A stretch of 64,000 bases of DNA. Origin: Anthoceros angustus. Its lineage: Eukaryota; Plantae; Anthocerotophyta. Below the pieces are notes generated by a model. That model was given only the letters and a program-made list of their open reading frames with translations, was not told where the DNA came from and ran no database searches. Every line of letters starts with the position of its first letter. The first letter of the stretch is position 1. This document shows, piece by piece, positions 1 through 12,979 of this stretch. The stretch lies in NCBI GenBank assembly GCA_010909165.1, contig VJWM01000173.1:62001-126000 (forward strand), given 5' to 3'. The translations under genes and the position numbers were made by a program.

Positions 1-3000
1 CCTATAAGCCCGGTGATCTCCAGATGGGCTTGTTCCTCATCCCACCACCTTTCCCAACTCACCTTACCGTCAGTAAATCCAACCTCTCGGAAGAATATCC
101 ACTGATTGAAATCCTCCCAATCCTCCACTGTCTTCAGCCAATCAAATCCCGAGGGGTTGAAAACAAAAGGGGCCATTAACCATGTAAGTGCCAAGAACCA
201 GCTGGAAAGTGTTATCAAGATATACACAACCGAGCTCCTGTTCACCCCAAAACACTCGTACACAACGAGAAGCAGAACAAGCTCCAGCCCCTTCACAAAA
301 TGACTCCGAGAGTAGAAACGATAATTTTCAGCGAACTTCTCGTGAGTGACCACAAAGCCTCGCCCAGTGGCACGATACTGCACATGAGAGGATGACAGCC
401 ATACATTAGTACCGCACAAACAGGGACTTCACCACATCAAAACGCCGCGAGGGCAGGCTTCTAGAAGCTCACTCTGGCCCCTCCATGCAGTATAGTGCGT
501 CCAAAATAGTGAGCCCTCGTCCCCAAAGAGAACGTGAAAAATACGGATGACAACTGCAGCTGCATCAGAATAAACTGCCATACAGCCTGCCCAAATCCCT
601 TTTCCAAGGTGTTCTCCACAACCATAGGAAGAGCTGAGAATATGCCCAGTTGGACCAGAAACTGTTGATTCAAGGACGCTGTGAGGGCCTTGTTATCAAG
701 ATGCGCAATGGACGATTCTACTCCACTTAGAGCCAAATACACTCGACCCCAAAGAAAGGCATAAACGCAGAGAACTACAGTCATGTTGCTCACAAAGAAC
801 CCCACTGTCGTGTAATAGAATGATAGCATCCGGAAGAAATCTAAATGGTGCCCAAGCCGGTAGACATCCCTGCTCAAAACCTGTTCCCCATTTCCACTTG
901 CTACTTTACCCTCAAACATAGAGATTTGGTTCAATCCAACATCCCGGCCTTTCCCAACCTGCAAGTGCAGAACCAACGAAAATCTCCATCGTCAAGATGC
1001 CTCATCCAATTAGCTCAAGGAACCACCCAACCACTCAACCAACCAACTAATGAGGCCACAGCCAACTGTCTGCTGCCTTGGCACACTACGAGACTTACCT
1101 GAATGTACTCCTGGTGAGTGACATTTCCACCACGCTCAGTGCAGTTAAACCCTGCAAATATATCCTCGCTGATATTGATCACTTTGGAAGCCTTGCTGAT
1201 GCCACCCCGAGTCAAAAACCAGAGTCTGTCAAACACGTCCGGGTGGCCATAGTGCATACGCACTTTCAAAGGTGTTGCAAGTACACGCTGTCCCAGTGTC
1301 ACAAAGCTGGTCTCCTGAGCAGACATGAACTTGGCCAAGGACGACACTGCACCAGTGAAAACATGTTCCCTCACTCCTAGAATTGTCGGCACTTTTCTTC
1401 CATGGACAACGTGAAATTCTTCCAAAAGGTTGCGCATCTTCAAAGCCTCTTCGAAGTAGTTTTCCTGGAAACATGACCAAGGAAAATGATGTGAGTACTC
1501 CGGAGCAGTAAACATATGCAAACCAGTGAAGGACAGGTGTTGGGTTTGCACCTGGTTCATGTCAATCGTCTGTATTGCATCACCTCTTGTGAAGATTAAG
1601 GCATGATTCTGATTTTCTGGCTTTCCTTCTCCAAGAATCAAAGGACCAGGCAGTTCTACCCGGTAAACCTCCACCTCAGTCTGTGTGGCAGGGTCGTGTT
1701 TCACCAGAACCGAAGAGTACGATGCATTTCTGTAATCAACGTAAGCAACTCTCAGGCCTTCATAGGTCTTCAACAAGTACTGTATTTCTGCTGCTTTCTG
1801 TTCCTTCTTGGCCTTTTGCTCCCCGTACACTTGGCAGGCTGCAACATACGTGAACTTCATCGATGCCATTGCATGATATTTTTCCGCGGAGCTAGCAAGT
1901 CCTGTGTGACGCTCACTAAGTTCTCTCATGGACCTGCTGTCCGCAGCAGCACCTGACTGTTGCAGACCTCCTCCTTCCCGAGCATCCTTAAGTTGCAACT
2001 CTGATGCACTATCAATAAAAGCCAGCAGTTCCAGTGCCCTGTGATCCCATCCAACCAACATCAGAGCATGTGATCCTACTAGCTTGACAGAGGACACCCA
2101 AAGGCTGGCAATCTTTAAATACAGCAGCACGCCAATCAAGGAAATGTTTGTGGCACGTACTTGCTATAATACATCATACCACGCACAGTCCGAGCCAAGG
2201 TCTGTCCTCGGTAAGATGCCCACAGTCTGCGCTCAAACAGGCCCTCTTCAGTTGACTCAATCTCTCGCTCTGAAAGAAAACCATGCCTGGTTTTCATTCT
2301 CTCCACAAAATTTTTCCAGTCATCTGAAGTTTGCAACCAAGTCAGTTGAGGCCACCTTTGTCAATCAGGAACACAGGCTGCATTACCACCGAGGGGTCAT
2401 GCACAAACCTGGAAAAATCTTCTTCAAGTAGAACATTGTAGTCACTCCGTCTTCAGTCTTCTGCTCTAGCTCATCATGCCCGAACAAGACAGCCTCCTTG
2501 TAATAAGGAGTCAAGACACTGAAACCTAGCATCCGATCAACCTGCACATGCCACCGGATCAGTCGCTCATGAGGGAAAGGATTCAATCAAACAAACAGAT
2601 GAGCGCCAAGATTACATTCCAAACAACAACACCTGAGGAGCACGAGGCATATGCATGAATACTGAGTTCGCAAAGAAGGTGATCCTCCTTTTGGCCTCCA
2701 GATTCTGTGGCACATCGGCAAGTGTCTCTTTCGTGGTCAGAGTTGTATGTAGTCGCTTCAGTTGCTTGAAAAAGGTGGTGTCTTCACGATCTGGAAATTG
2801 GAGAGAAGCTTCTGCTGCAAATAGCAGCTCGCCAGCTCTCAAAGGGTAGACATTGCCATTGCCTACGCTGTTAGAAGAGTAGGCACCCCGGTCTTGAGGA
2901 AAATCTCGAATTAGAGTGTCGAACAAATTCTGCACAGCTGTGACTACCTGTGAATCACATCAGGCCGCATCACAAAGTCAGAAGGGACTGGCCTGCAGCT

Positions 3001-6000
3001 TTACAACTCTGCCGGTACAGACTAACAAGCACAGCAGACCTGGGATTTGGACATTTTCTCCTCCCTCCATTTGAGGAGGGCGTTCGCCAGCTCCACAACC
3101 TGCTGGTGAATTGTACGCAAAGGTTTTAATTCAAACTTCTGGAAGAAGTGTCCATTCTTAATTGATACATCAATGTCCTCCAAAATGGTCCTCGTTAGGG
3201 TAAGCTCTGGAGTCTCCTCAGCCACTATCCGGAGAAGGATGTGGCGGACAGATTGATAGCTCTCAGATATTGCAGCCTTCTGGTATTTATTCTGTGAGAT
3301 CTTCCTCCATATGCCCTTTCCATCTTTACCTTTCTTTATGTGTTTCTCAAGTAGCCCAAGAATGACCAATACCTGCAGAGCAGGCACCCTTCAGTACTGC
3401 GGGCAGACAAACGTCACATAGATACTTGGCAAAATAGGTCGCTCGAGTGACCAACCGAGTTACTTATCAAGATAGCTGGCCACTGTACAACACTGATATT
3501 CCATACTGATGGAGGCATCTCCAGAAGCTCCAATTCCCTATCACCAACCAACACATAACATCAAAAAAAGTAATAAAGGCAGGCTGCATCTCTTTCAAAT
3601 GAGCATCTCTTTTGATCTCTATTTCCCATAATAAGTGTATTGATTTGCAATTGGCGACATAGATCACAAGATTTTCCAGAAAAGCTGTAAGAAACGAACA
3701 CTGTTGGAAAAGAGATAAAGTTGTGTATCCCACCTGTCACTGATGATATCCTCCTCCCTGAAGGTTGAGATTATCTTATTCCAAATTATAGAGAACCTTG
3801 ATAGAAGAACGTTTCCTGGTTCCTGTTGCCAGACCCCGATTCCTAGTTAAGCTTTTCTGCCATGCCATCCAACCTTAAAGAAACCTTAAATACCCTTTCT
3901 AACATGAATGGCAAGAATGGAAATGCACCAGTTCAAGGTCACCATCCTGGAGCCTCCACCACCTGAACCCGTATCGAAGTCCGACGCGTGTGAGTCTGTC
4001 CGTAAAATGTTTCCAGCTGCGCGTGAAGGGCTTCTCCCTAAAGGTTCCACCTTGCAAACTGTGAGGGACAGAATCCCCAATCACGCAAGAGGCGAACAAA
4101 TCAGAGAACAGTGAGTTCATACCGTGGACTGTTTACATTGTTCTCAGCCACAAGTGCAAATTGTGAAATTTGTGCAAAGAACTTAAATCGTTCTCCCAGT
4201 TGTCCCACGCTCCTAATCTGCCACCAGCACAAAATCTTAAGGAGAATGAGCACATGAGTTGTTGCAAAAAAAGGCATACCACCAAATGTGCATCAGGCTC
4301 TCCTTTAAACCATCAGGTTCAAGGAGAAAGTCTTCAGCCACTTAGCCTACAGGCTGAAAGCACAGACCTCTCCAATATGGCGGAAGAGTCCAACAAGGGC
4401 TCCCACAAACGAGGAGAAAACACTGTACCATAGCTGCATGTCCATGAAATATATCTGCACAGTACTCAAGATACATGAAGGCATAAGGACAAAGACATTT
4501 ACTGGAACTAGACATCTCAGGAGGTCCTCCTGATAGAGTAAGATGAACTGAACTTACGAGCAGCACCGGTGCCCACATGACCAATATGGCGATGTGATTT
4601 CCTACCAGAAAAATACATACCAATGTAAGCCATGTGCCCAGGGGCAACAAATGATACGAGTTTACTGGCAAAGTACACCCTACACACCTCGACTAAAAAT
4701 CGAATTCCATCGGTAAGCAATTAAACCGGGAGGCAGCTTAAGAGTCTCCTTAGTTGGCCTGATCAATGGTTCGATCTGAAATCACAAGTGTTTCAATCAT
4801 CAAAGTGCTGTAGAATTTTCAAGGTATTTGCACTCTGTTCTACAAGTGCCATCATGAAACAGAAGAAAAGGGGACAAGCTTCCCAAAGTGCCTGCACACC
4901 TGTAAGTAATAGCTGAAAGCGAATTTTGCTGCTGTCACAACGACCCAGAAAATGGCATACCTGCAGAACAAGAACAAGTTTGAGAATCAGAGAAGTGCCG
5001 CGGCTAGCAGCAACTTGACATTGTTGCCAGTCAAGTGCAAATTGCTTTGCTGAGCAGATCAAGCTACCGGAGACCGTCAACAACACTCTCACGCAATCCA
5101 CGGGCTACGTAGACGCGGCTCTGCAAACAAACACACATGTTAGAAGGAGGTGGCAGCTCAGCACATTCTCGGGACAAGTTTTCAGCAAGTAAGAGGAAAA
5201 CCATTGACACTCGGAAATCAACAAACCTGGAACCACCAAGTTAAAATATTGAACAGCCTCCAATTTGACTTCTCCACAAATTTCCGCAGCCATGGGGTGA
5301 TGAACAGGAGCAAAGCCAGGGCCTCAGGGGCAAGGAATGCAGCGACAGCATAGATAAAGTTTCTGAATCGCCTGTTTGATTCTGAACTCCAATTATACAT
5401 CGACTCCTTCTTGCGCTTAGACCACATTGAACTGGCCACCAAACACCCACCAGATCCTCAGATCATAACCACCATCAAAAGGTCCTTTGCAGTCCAGCAG
5501 TACATACGACTGTGCAGAAAGCCCATACCTCCAAAGAACAGCAAAAGCCACTGTCCAGCCTACAGCAACTACGATTTTGAGGATCATTCGGAGCCCAAGA
5601 AGCAAGTTTTGAGATGACACCAACTTGTACTGCGTCACAGCGCTTAGTACAGCTGGAAATAGGAGAAAATATAGCTGTTATTATGGTGCACCTCTCAGCT
5701 ATTCACCCATTCACTTTAAAAGAGGTGCACAAAGGTTTGCAGCCAGCCCAGATACGTAGGAAAACATACCTTGGAGGACTCTTAATCCCGCCCATGTTGC
5801 GAAAATGGAAAGAATACGTGCAACCTGATCTTGGTGTTGCAGCTCCACCCAAAATTTTCTGGGTTCTCCTGCATTCCAAGCCAATATGATTGCTGCCTGC
5901 ATTAAACACCCCACATCCGCTTGTGAGCTGCAGCACCTGCTTGGCCACAATTTAGTGAACAGCGGATTTCCGTTTGACAGAAGCTGTTTTGAAAGCACAA

Positions 6001-7837
6001 CTTAAAACATTGCTGCAGGCCTCCACTCTAACAGAAAACTTGAAGAAGCAATGCCAGCATTGGAGTTCCTCCCTATCAGTCAGTCCCTCAGCCCACATAT
6101 AAGCAATGACAACAGCTTCAGACATTTACAACCTGGAGAAAAAGAATCAATCCGATCCAAAGCCGATCAAAGCTACGGTAGATGTTCCAGAACGTCCGCT
6201 GCTCCACAAACCCCGTCTTTCCAACCTTGTGCCTTGATGCTGCCTGTGCAATGTCAGAACATAATTCAGGTGGACTCTCACGCCCAAATCCACAGCACCT
6301 TCTGGGAAGAGCATAGGTTACATAAGCCTGGAGAGCACATACACTGCCGGGTCTCACGAAATAGTTGCTGCTTCTACTAAGTGGCCATCCAACAGTATCG
6401 AAGCATTTTTTATCCCTGCAATGATTACGTCTCAGTGTTTCAAAACTAAACCCGGCATTGATGATCATTTCAGCTTGCGAGGGGGGACAACAAACGGATC
6501 TCAGCTGACTAGATTGAGGAACATTCTGATCTAGGCAAGGAAACACAGCACACACCAAAAGTACTCATTCATATCATCATAATTTCTCCACCCTGAGTGA
6601 GGGGTTTTGCCTCCATCACAGGCCTTGGATTCCTGTGGATAAGACACATAAATGGCATCAGAAGAAAATAGCCCTGATTTGCCTCGAGAAAGTGACTTCC
6701 AAACATGAACGACCCTGAGTGGTGGCCAGTTGCCATTCCGGAACCGTAGACTCATCAGTGACGATGCCTTACCGCATGGGCAATCTCATAGAGCGGTGTC
6801 ACAACTGCACTGAGAAAGCCACCATTGCAGGAAGCAGGTCTGGCAACTCCACCTAAATTTGCATCAATGCGTTCATCAAGGATATTATGCAACTCCCCAA
6901 GCATCTGCAACAAGACAGCAAATAAAGTGAGGCAGCCTGAAAGACGCATGGATCCTTAAGTGACAAGCGGTGCCCAGGCTTACATGGTGGAAGATAAAAC
7001 ATAGGCACTCCGGCATGAACCGCAAGTTAGCAGCTTCGCCCCAAATAAGGAGGAACAAAGCAGTGTACAACAACTGCATTCGGCCACCTGATGCGGCAAT
7101 CCTGAGCACACAGTGAAGCTGACTTAGAAGCATAAACCACGTCTGCAGCTGCAAAAACACCTCGGTCTGTGCTGAAAGACCTGCAAAAAGAAATAGAGCT
7201 CACCTCAAATTGTTCTGAATACGCAGAAACCTACACCACTGGACATAATTCTTTGTCACCTTTTGACAGAGTTCTGAGACAACGTCATCTGCCAGCTGCA
7301 GGACACAAGGCCACTCAATTACGACTGCAAAACGGCACATTCAAAGACTGAGATTGACGGAGCTCTGTACCTTGTCCATCTCTTGCGGCTGTACCCGCAT
7401 TTGGTGATTTGCAAGTAAGAGACCTAAATGCTCACGTTGATTTTGGATATTACCAGCCTGCATCAAGAAGCCCGAATTTTCAAGAAACAATCATCGAACA
7501 CACTTTCGCCGTTTGCACTAAGCTTCAGTGCGTAGAAATCCCGAACCTGAAAACCGAAGAAGCCGCCGAGCCAATCCAATATATCCATGCCATCTTTCCA
7601 CTCCAGGTTGGGAGGCCTGGGGAGTTTCCCGACCGTTTGCAGTGCTGCAATGGCAGCTCGAACCTGCAAATGCAGCAACTCAATTCAGCAGAGGATCTTC
7701 ACTTGAATCTAGCACCTCGAACAATCAGAACCTGCCACACTGATACTTGATCCAGCAATCAGGGCCAGAACCTCGGGAAATTGCAGCGCGTGGTGATCGG
7801 CTAGAGTGTCGTGGATAGGCAGAATATTATACGCCAT
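1..7837 (-). CDS. CalS: Callose synthase (1,3-beta-glucan synthase), GSL5/CalS12-type; multi-exon (roughly 28-30 exons by manual count), 3' end beyond window start
   Basis: Spliced translation gives MAYNILPIHDTLADHHALQFPE|VRAAIAALQTVG...LDWLGGFFGFQ, LIWGEAANLRFMPECLCFIFHH, WRNYDDMNEYFW, KTGFVEQRTFWNIYRSFDRLW, EAKRRITFFANS, LWASYRGQTLARTVRGMMYY, GEGKPENQNHA, HYGHPDVFDR, VGKGRDVGLNQ and YRATGRGFVV. The introns checked are GT-AG. An in-frame TGA lies 18 codons upstream of ATG 7835-7837. Confidence 0.97.
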
Positions 7838-8235
7838 GCTTGCCACCTTGACCGATCTCAGCAAAAATGGCTGACTTGTCGCTGGAGCTCAGCTCGCCTG
7901 CGTCCCGCCTGAGGTCCTGCGGCCGAACAACCTATGGCGCCTTGAATCCGGACAACAGCGCATGAATATCAGCTGCCTGACGCTGCCTCGGCATCGCGAA
8001 AATGGCAGCTAGGCGGTGTCATACCATCTGTTTGCCGGCAAAGACTGTGTCTGCCGGGAGCGCGTAGCTGGGAAAGCCATACACACGGCGTAAAAGGGGA
8101 AATCCCGCCAATTTGTGCTGCCGCTGCTACGCACTTTCGTCCATCATCCCCGCTCTGCCTTGCACACCCGAACCACACAGCACAGCGCGTAGCTTTTCGT
8201 TTTCACCGCGTTGATCGGGTTTCGACCCTCTACAC

Positions 8236-8445
8236 CAAGTATGTTAAGTGTGTAAATAGAATACGTACAAAGTACGCAAATAGAATACTTATGAACGGTC
8301 TCAGTACAGTATGTAAAAAGCATGTTAAGTGTGCAAATAGAATATGTACAAAATACGTAAATAGAATACTCATGAATGGTATAAATATAATACGTAAGTA
8401 GAATGCATATGAAACGTCTAAATAGAATGCATAGGAAGCGTGTAA
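8236..8445. repeat. Degenerate AT-rich tandem repeat with (A/G)TAGAATAC/TAGAATGC core
   Basis: About seven recurrences of AATAGAATA(C/T) or TAGAATGC at ~22-30 bp spacing; TAGAATGCATAGGAAG at 8423-8438 is also found at 13501-13516. Confidence 0.7.
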
Positions 8446-8566
8446 TACCAATCTGGTCATGTGGTCCACGTTTTTTTAGAGTTATGGATAGAAAGAAATA
8501 GTCCCGCTGCATATGGCGGAACTATTTTGGTATGTCACGCATGACCACATCGGTTGGGGTTGCAGC

Positions 8567-9253
8567 CAGGGTGTCATTTTGACTGAGTACTATCTCAGTC
8601 CCCGGGACCGCCTAGCCTAGCTACGTTCGGTCCCGGACCGAGCAAGGATAGTGCCTTTTTGCGACCCTTGGTCATTAAATATAATAAATATTAAATAAAT
8701 AATTTATAAATAATAATATAAAAATACAAATATCTAGTATATTCTATCGTCAGGGCTGGTCTTTCCAAGCTTTAAAAATACCATTCCAATCTATCTCCTT
8801 AACAGGCGGACCATTGATGGATATACTCATCAATGCATCAAGGGTCAAAATATTAAGATTAGTTCTCATGTTATTCATCACAAAGTTTTGTTTAGAAAAT
8901 CCCCGCTCACATATAGCGTTACTACAAGGTATGACCAAACATAATTCTCATAGACGTAACGTAGAGGGTGTCAGTACTACCCACTCCCGGGTTGTTGAGT
9001 AGATTTTGTAAGTGTCTTTATGACCATGCCAATTATAAGATGGGTCCATGTGTCCGTAATAAATATAAATCCTTGGATATAAAATTAAGTAATTTACTAA
9101 TTTTAAACCGGACCTTTCATCAACCCTCGGTCCTCGAAAAAAATAGGGGACCGAGGGTGGGGACTAGACTCCAGAAGAACTTCCGGTCCCATGTTTTTTT
9201 TAACACATGCCGGGACCGGGACCGAGCTTGGGACGGGGTCAAATGATACCCTG
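8567..9253 (-). mobile_element. Non-autonomous hAT DNA transposon (687 bp) with TIRs and 8-bp TSD
   Basis: Left TIR CAGGGTGTCATTTTGAC; right end GTCAAATGATACCCTG. Perfect 8-bp TSD GTTGCAGC at 8559-8566 and 9254-9261. GGGACCG/CGGTCCC subterminal repeats at both ends, and an internal hAT dimerisation-domain fragment. Confidence 0.95.
8750..8938 (-). pseudogene. hAT transposase C-terminal dimerisation domain remnant
   Basis: IPCSNAICERGFSKQNFVMNNMRTNL matches the hAT 'S.A..ER.FS......R..L' motif. Confidence 0.85.
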
Positions 9254-10149
9254 GTTGCAGCCCCCGGTGTGCCGATGTCGTCAACCTACCCCATGATGCA
9301 CGAAAAGATTTCACGATACACAGAAACTTTTCTTCTCTCTGGTTTAGGGTTGCGTTTAGGTCTTTTGTGTTGCCAAGCCATTGCGGCATGCAATATGCCA
9401 TCTCTGATAACGCGGCATCCACAATTTGTTAGGGTTGTCAGCGGTTGCGTTAGCGCTGCGCTTACTGTTTGCAATTGCGTTTACGCCGCAATCATCGTCT
9501 GTATTTGCGGCGCGGCTGAATGCGTTTGCCCTTACAACACCATAATTCTGTAAGGAGGTTAATATACACTATGGGGGTTTTTTGTCTTTTATACGCCTAA
9601 GGGGGTTTCCAATGGGTCTTGAATGAGGGTTTTCTGGCACTTGGTCCGAAAAAGGCCTTAGAAAAAGGGTGGATACTTGCGCTGAACATAACATTCATGT
9701 CCATATCATGCCGGCAAAGGGTATGGAACCATAGATTGTCCTTCAGTTTAGGCCTAGTTAACGCCCATGTATGAGGACCATTAGTGCCGGTAAAGTTGTA
9801 AAATTATGAGCATTCTACGACAAATCTATGACTAATCATGGTAAGAATAGCCTCCACCTTCGGGTTTCACGCAAGACTTTGAGAACAATCATGACCATTG
9901 GATTTTGAGGGTCCTCAACTCAAGAGACCCTCATTCTTGACAATTTGAGTCACAAGATGTCGGCCGACGTCTTGGGACCTAACTTGTAGACCGACTCCTT
10001 ATTCGCGGCAACATCGCTCTTTACGTAGCCTCTCAAAGTAATGCTATGCTCCACGTTTTGGCGGGTACTTGAACATGCCCATATATTCTTCGAGAACAAA
10101 GCTGCACATAGTATAGTACGAATGAATGAATGAATGAAAATAGGTTCAT

Positions 10150-12260
10150 AGATTTTTTAGAAAATGGGTGCAACCGTGGCATGAGAGAAGAGTTTCAAAA
10201 TACGCATCCATAAAGAAGACGCTGGCTGACCGGCGCCCTTCCCTTGCACGCCCTGCCCATGGGCGCTGGCCGACCGGCGCCCTTCCCATGCACGCCCTGC
10301 CCATGGGCGCCGGCCGACCGGCGCCCTTCCCCAACACGTCATGCCCATGGCGGCCGGCCGGCGCCCATGGGCGCCGCCGGCCGGCGCCCTCCCCATGCAC
10401 GGCCTCCCCAAAGGCGCCGGCCGGTCGGCGCCTTCCCCATGCATATCCTCCTTTGGCTCTCACAGATAAAATAAATAAAGTAGCAGTTCGATGGATTTCA
10501 TAGCTTGGCATAGTTGTTTGAGTGGTTGGGAAATTATTTCGAAGTAAGGAGGTCGTGGATTCAACCCGCTTAGTGTTTATATATAGTAAACCAACTTTGT
10601 TGATTTTAAGAGCGATGGCATGCCCGCGCCCATGCGCCCATCTGCTATCAATTCGGATTATATTGTTTGATAGAAAAGCTAAGGGCATTGACTCACATGT
10701 CTTTATTTTGGCCATAGTTAAGAATTTGTAGTTTTAAACCCAAAATCATGGGAAATATCATCAATCGTTGATCGTGAGTTTGAAATTATATATAACGATA
10801 TATTAATGGTGCAAATTATGAAGGAATCAAAATGGTGAAGAGAGCTATGGCTCACTCAAGTTTCTTCCGTTTATCAAGCTCATTGGAGGCAGATATATTG
10901 TGGAGGTCATAGCTCCTAGGCATGTGTTTCGCCTTGGACACCATCTTTGCGATCGACCAAGGTTGTACATTGTGATTTGACATGTGAAAGATATCATATT
11001 TTTGCTCATTCAATTTGAAACATACATTCAAACGGTTGAGGGAATGGGTTACTTGTTTGATGAAGGCAGTGATTCAAACCCGTGAAAGCCAAAACCCGAG
11101 CGAAACGTCCTCGTAAACCAAAACGGCAAAGGAATGATGCATAGATTACGACCACACACGGACGCTTACGTGCTTGACAAGGTGGTTGGGGAGAATGAAG
11201 ACACCAAGTCCATGGGCAAGAACGATTTTTAGAAAATGGGTGTGCGTGGCATGAGAGAAGAGTTTCAAAATACGCATCCATAAAGAAGACGTGGCCGCCC
11301 TTCCTTGCACGCCGCCCATGGGCGGCCGGCCGCGCCTTCCCATGCACGCCACCTTGCATGGGGCCGGCCGGCGCCTTCTTCATGCCCATGGCGGCCGGCG
11401 CCCTCCCATGGGCGCCGGCCGGCGCCCTCCCATGCACGGCCTCCCCAAAGGCGCCGGCCGGTCGCGCCTTCCCATGCATATCCTCCTTTGGCTCTCAGAT
11501 AAAATAAATAAAGTAGCAGTTCGATGGATTTCATTGGCATAGTTGTTTGAGTGGTTGGGAAATTATTTCGAAGTAAGGAGGTCGTGGATTCAACCCGCTT
11601 AGTGTTTATATATAGTAAACCAACTTTGTTGATTTTAAGAGCGATGGCATGCCCGCGCCCATGCGCCCATCTGCTATCAATTCGGATTATATTGTTTGAT
11701 AGAAAAGCTAAGTGAACATTGACTCACATGTCTTTATTTTGGCCAGCATAGTTAAGAATTTGTAGTTTTAAACCCAAAATTATGGGAAATATCTGTCAAT
11801 CGTTGATCGTGAGTTTGAAATTATATATAACGATATATTAATGGTCGCAAATTATGAAGGAATCAAAATGGTGAAGAGAGCTATGGCTCACTCAAGTTTC
11901 TTCCGTTTTATCAAGCTCAATGGAGGCCGCGACCAGTATATTGTGGAGGTCATAGCTCCTAGGCATGTGTTTCAGTCTTGGACACCATCTTTACGATTGA
12001 CCAAGGTTGTACATTGTGATTTGACATGTGAAAGATATCATATTTTTGCTCATTCAATTTGAAACATACATTCAAACGGTTGAGGGAATGAGTTACTTGT
12101 TTGATGAAGGCAGTGATTCAAACCCGTGAAAGCCAAAACCGGGTAGCGTCTTAAACCAAAGCAAAGGAATGATGCATAGATTACGACCACAGCTGCCGGA
12201 CGCTTACGCAAGTGCTTGACAAGGCAGAAGTTGGGGAGAATGAAGACACCAAGTTCATGG
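10150..12260. repeat. Tandem duplication, unit ~1.07 kb, inside the TIR element
   Basis: AGAAAATGGG...GGCATGAGAGAAGAGTTTCAAAATACGCATCC at ~10160 and ~11231; the downstream blocks align with mostly small indels. Confidence 0.9.
10225..10442. repeat. GC-rich minisatellite built from CCATGG/GGCGCC/CGGCCG palindromes (second copy ~11295-11480)
   Basis: Repeated GCCGACCGGCGCCCTTCCC(A)TGCACGCCCTGCCCATGGGCGC-like units. Confidence 0.85.
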
Positions 12261-12979
12261 GCAAGAACGACGGTTTTAGATGACCCGGAAGTGGAGCACA
12301 TGTGGAACTTAGAAGTGGTCATACATTCAGTGTTGGCTCAAGGCCCGGATGAGTTACAGATTGGTCCTCATGAGGGACCATTCGCGGCGCAGCCGCTTGC
12401 ATATGCTTGTTTTAAAGTTTACCATTTTTGTCCCGGTCGATGTGGACGCCGCCATGTTGGCGTTCACACACAACCTTCGGTTTTGTTTCTTTCCAAAGTA
12501 GAACCATGTAGTTTTGATCTGAATTTATTGAATGGTGTCCACGAACACATCACGGAGGGCGCTGGCCGGCCGGCGCCCTAGACAGGCTCTCTATCATGTC
12601 AATGGAAAGAATGCAGACTTTCTGTTTGTAGACGGAACAACAAGGGTAATGTCATTTTGAACAATGGGCTAAAACCCTCTTTTAAGGACTGTGTCGATTT
12701 CGTCAAGGGGGTTCACAACTAAAAGAAAGGGGTTCGTGTATTAACCTCCTTACAGAATTATGGTGTTTTACGTACAAGGCTGCAGTGTTTGGCACTAGCT
12801 GCATACAGGGCTGCAACGTTTCCTAGGCTTGCTGCCTATGGGGGCACAGTTTCACATAGCACTAACTACCCCGAAACAAGCTTGTACCAAAAGGACCAAC
12901 AGAGAAGGGCTTCCATGAAAACAGTCATAGACATACAAGGCTTGCACCCAAAAAAGCCTGTAGTGCACAAGCGTACACT

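Larger units (their letters stand above)
9536..12767. mobile_element. Unclassified TIR DNA element (3232 bp), perfect 29-bp TIRs, candidate 4-bp TSD TTAC
   Basis: AACACCATAATTCTGTAAGGAGGTTAATA (9536-9564) is the exact reverse complement of 12739-12767. TTAC lies immediately outside both ends (9532-9535, 12768-12771). No recognisable transposase. Confidence 0.8.

Noticed and set aside
10146-11542. Ala/Gly/Arg/Pro-rich ORFs on both strands
   Set aside because: By-products of the GC minisatellite; frames differ between the duplicate copies
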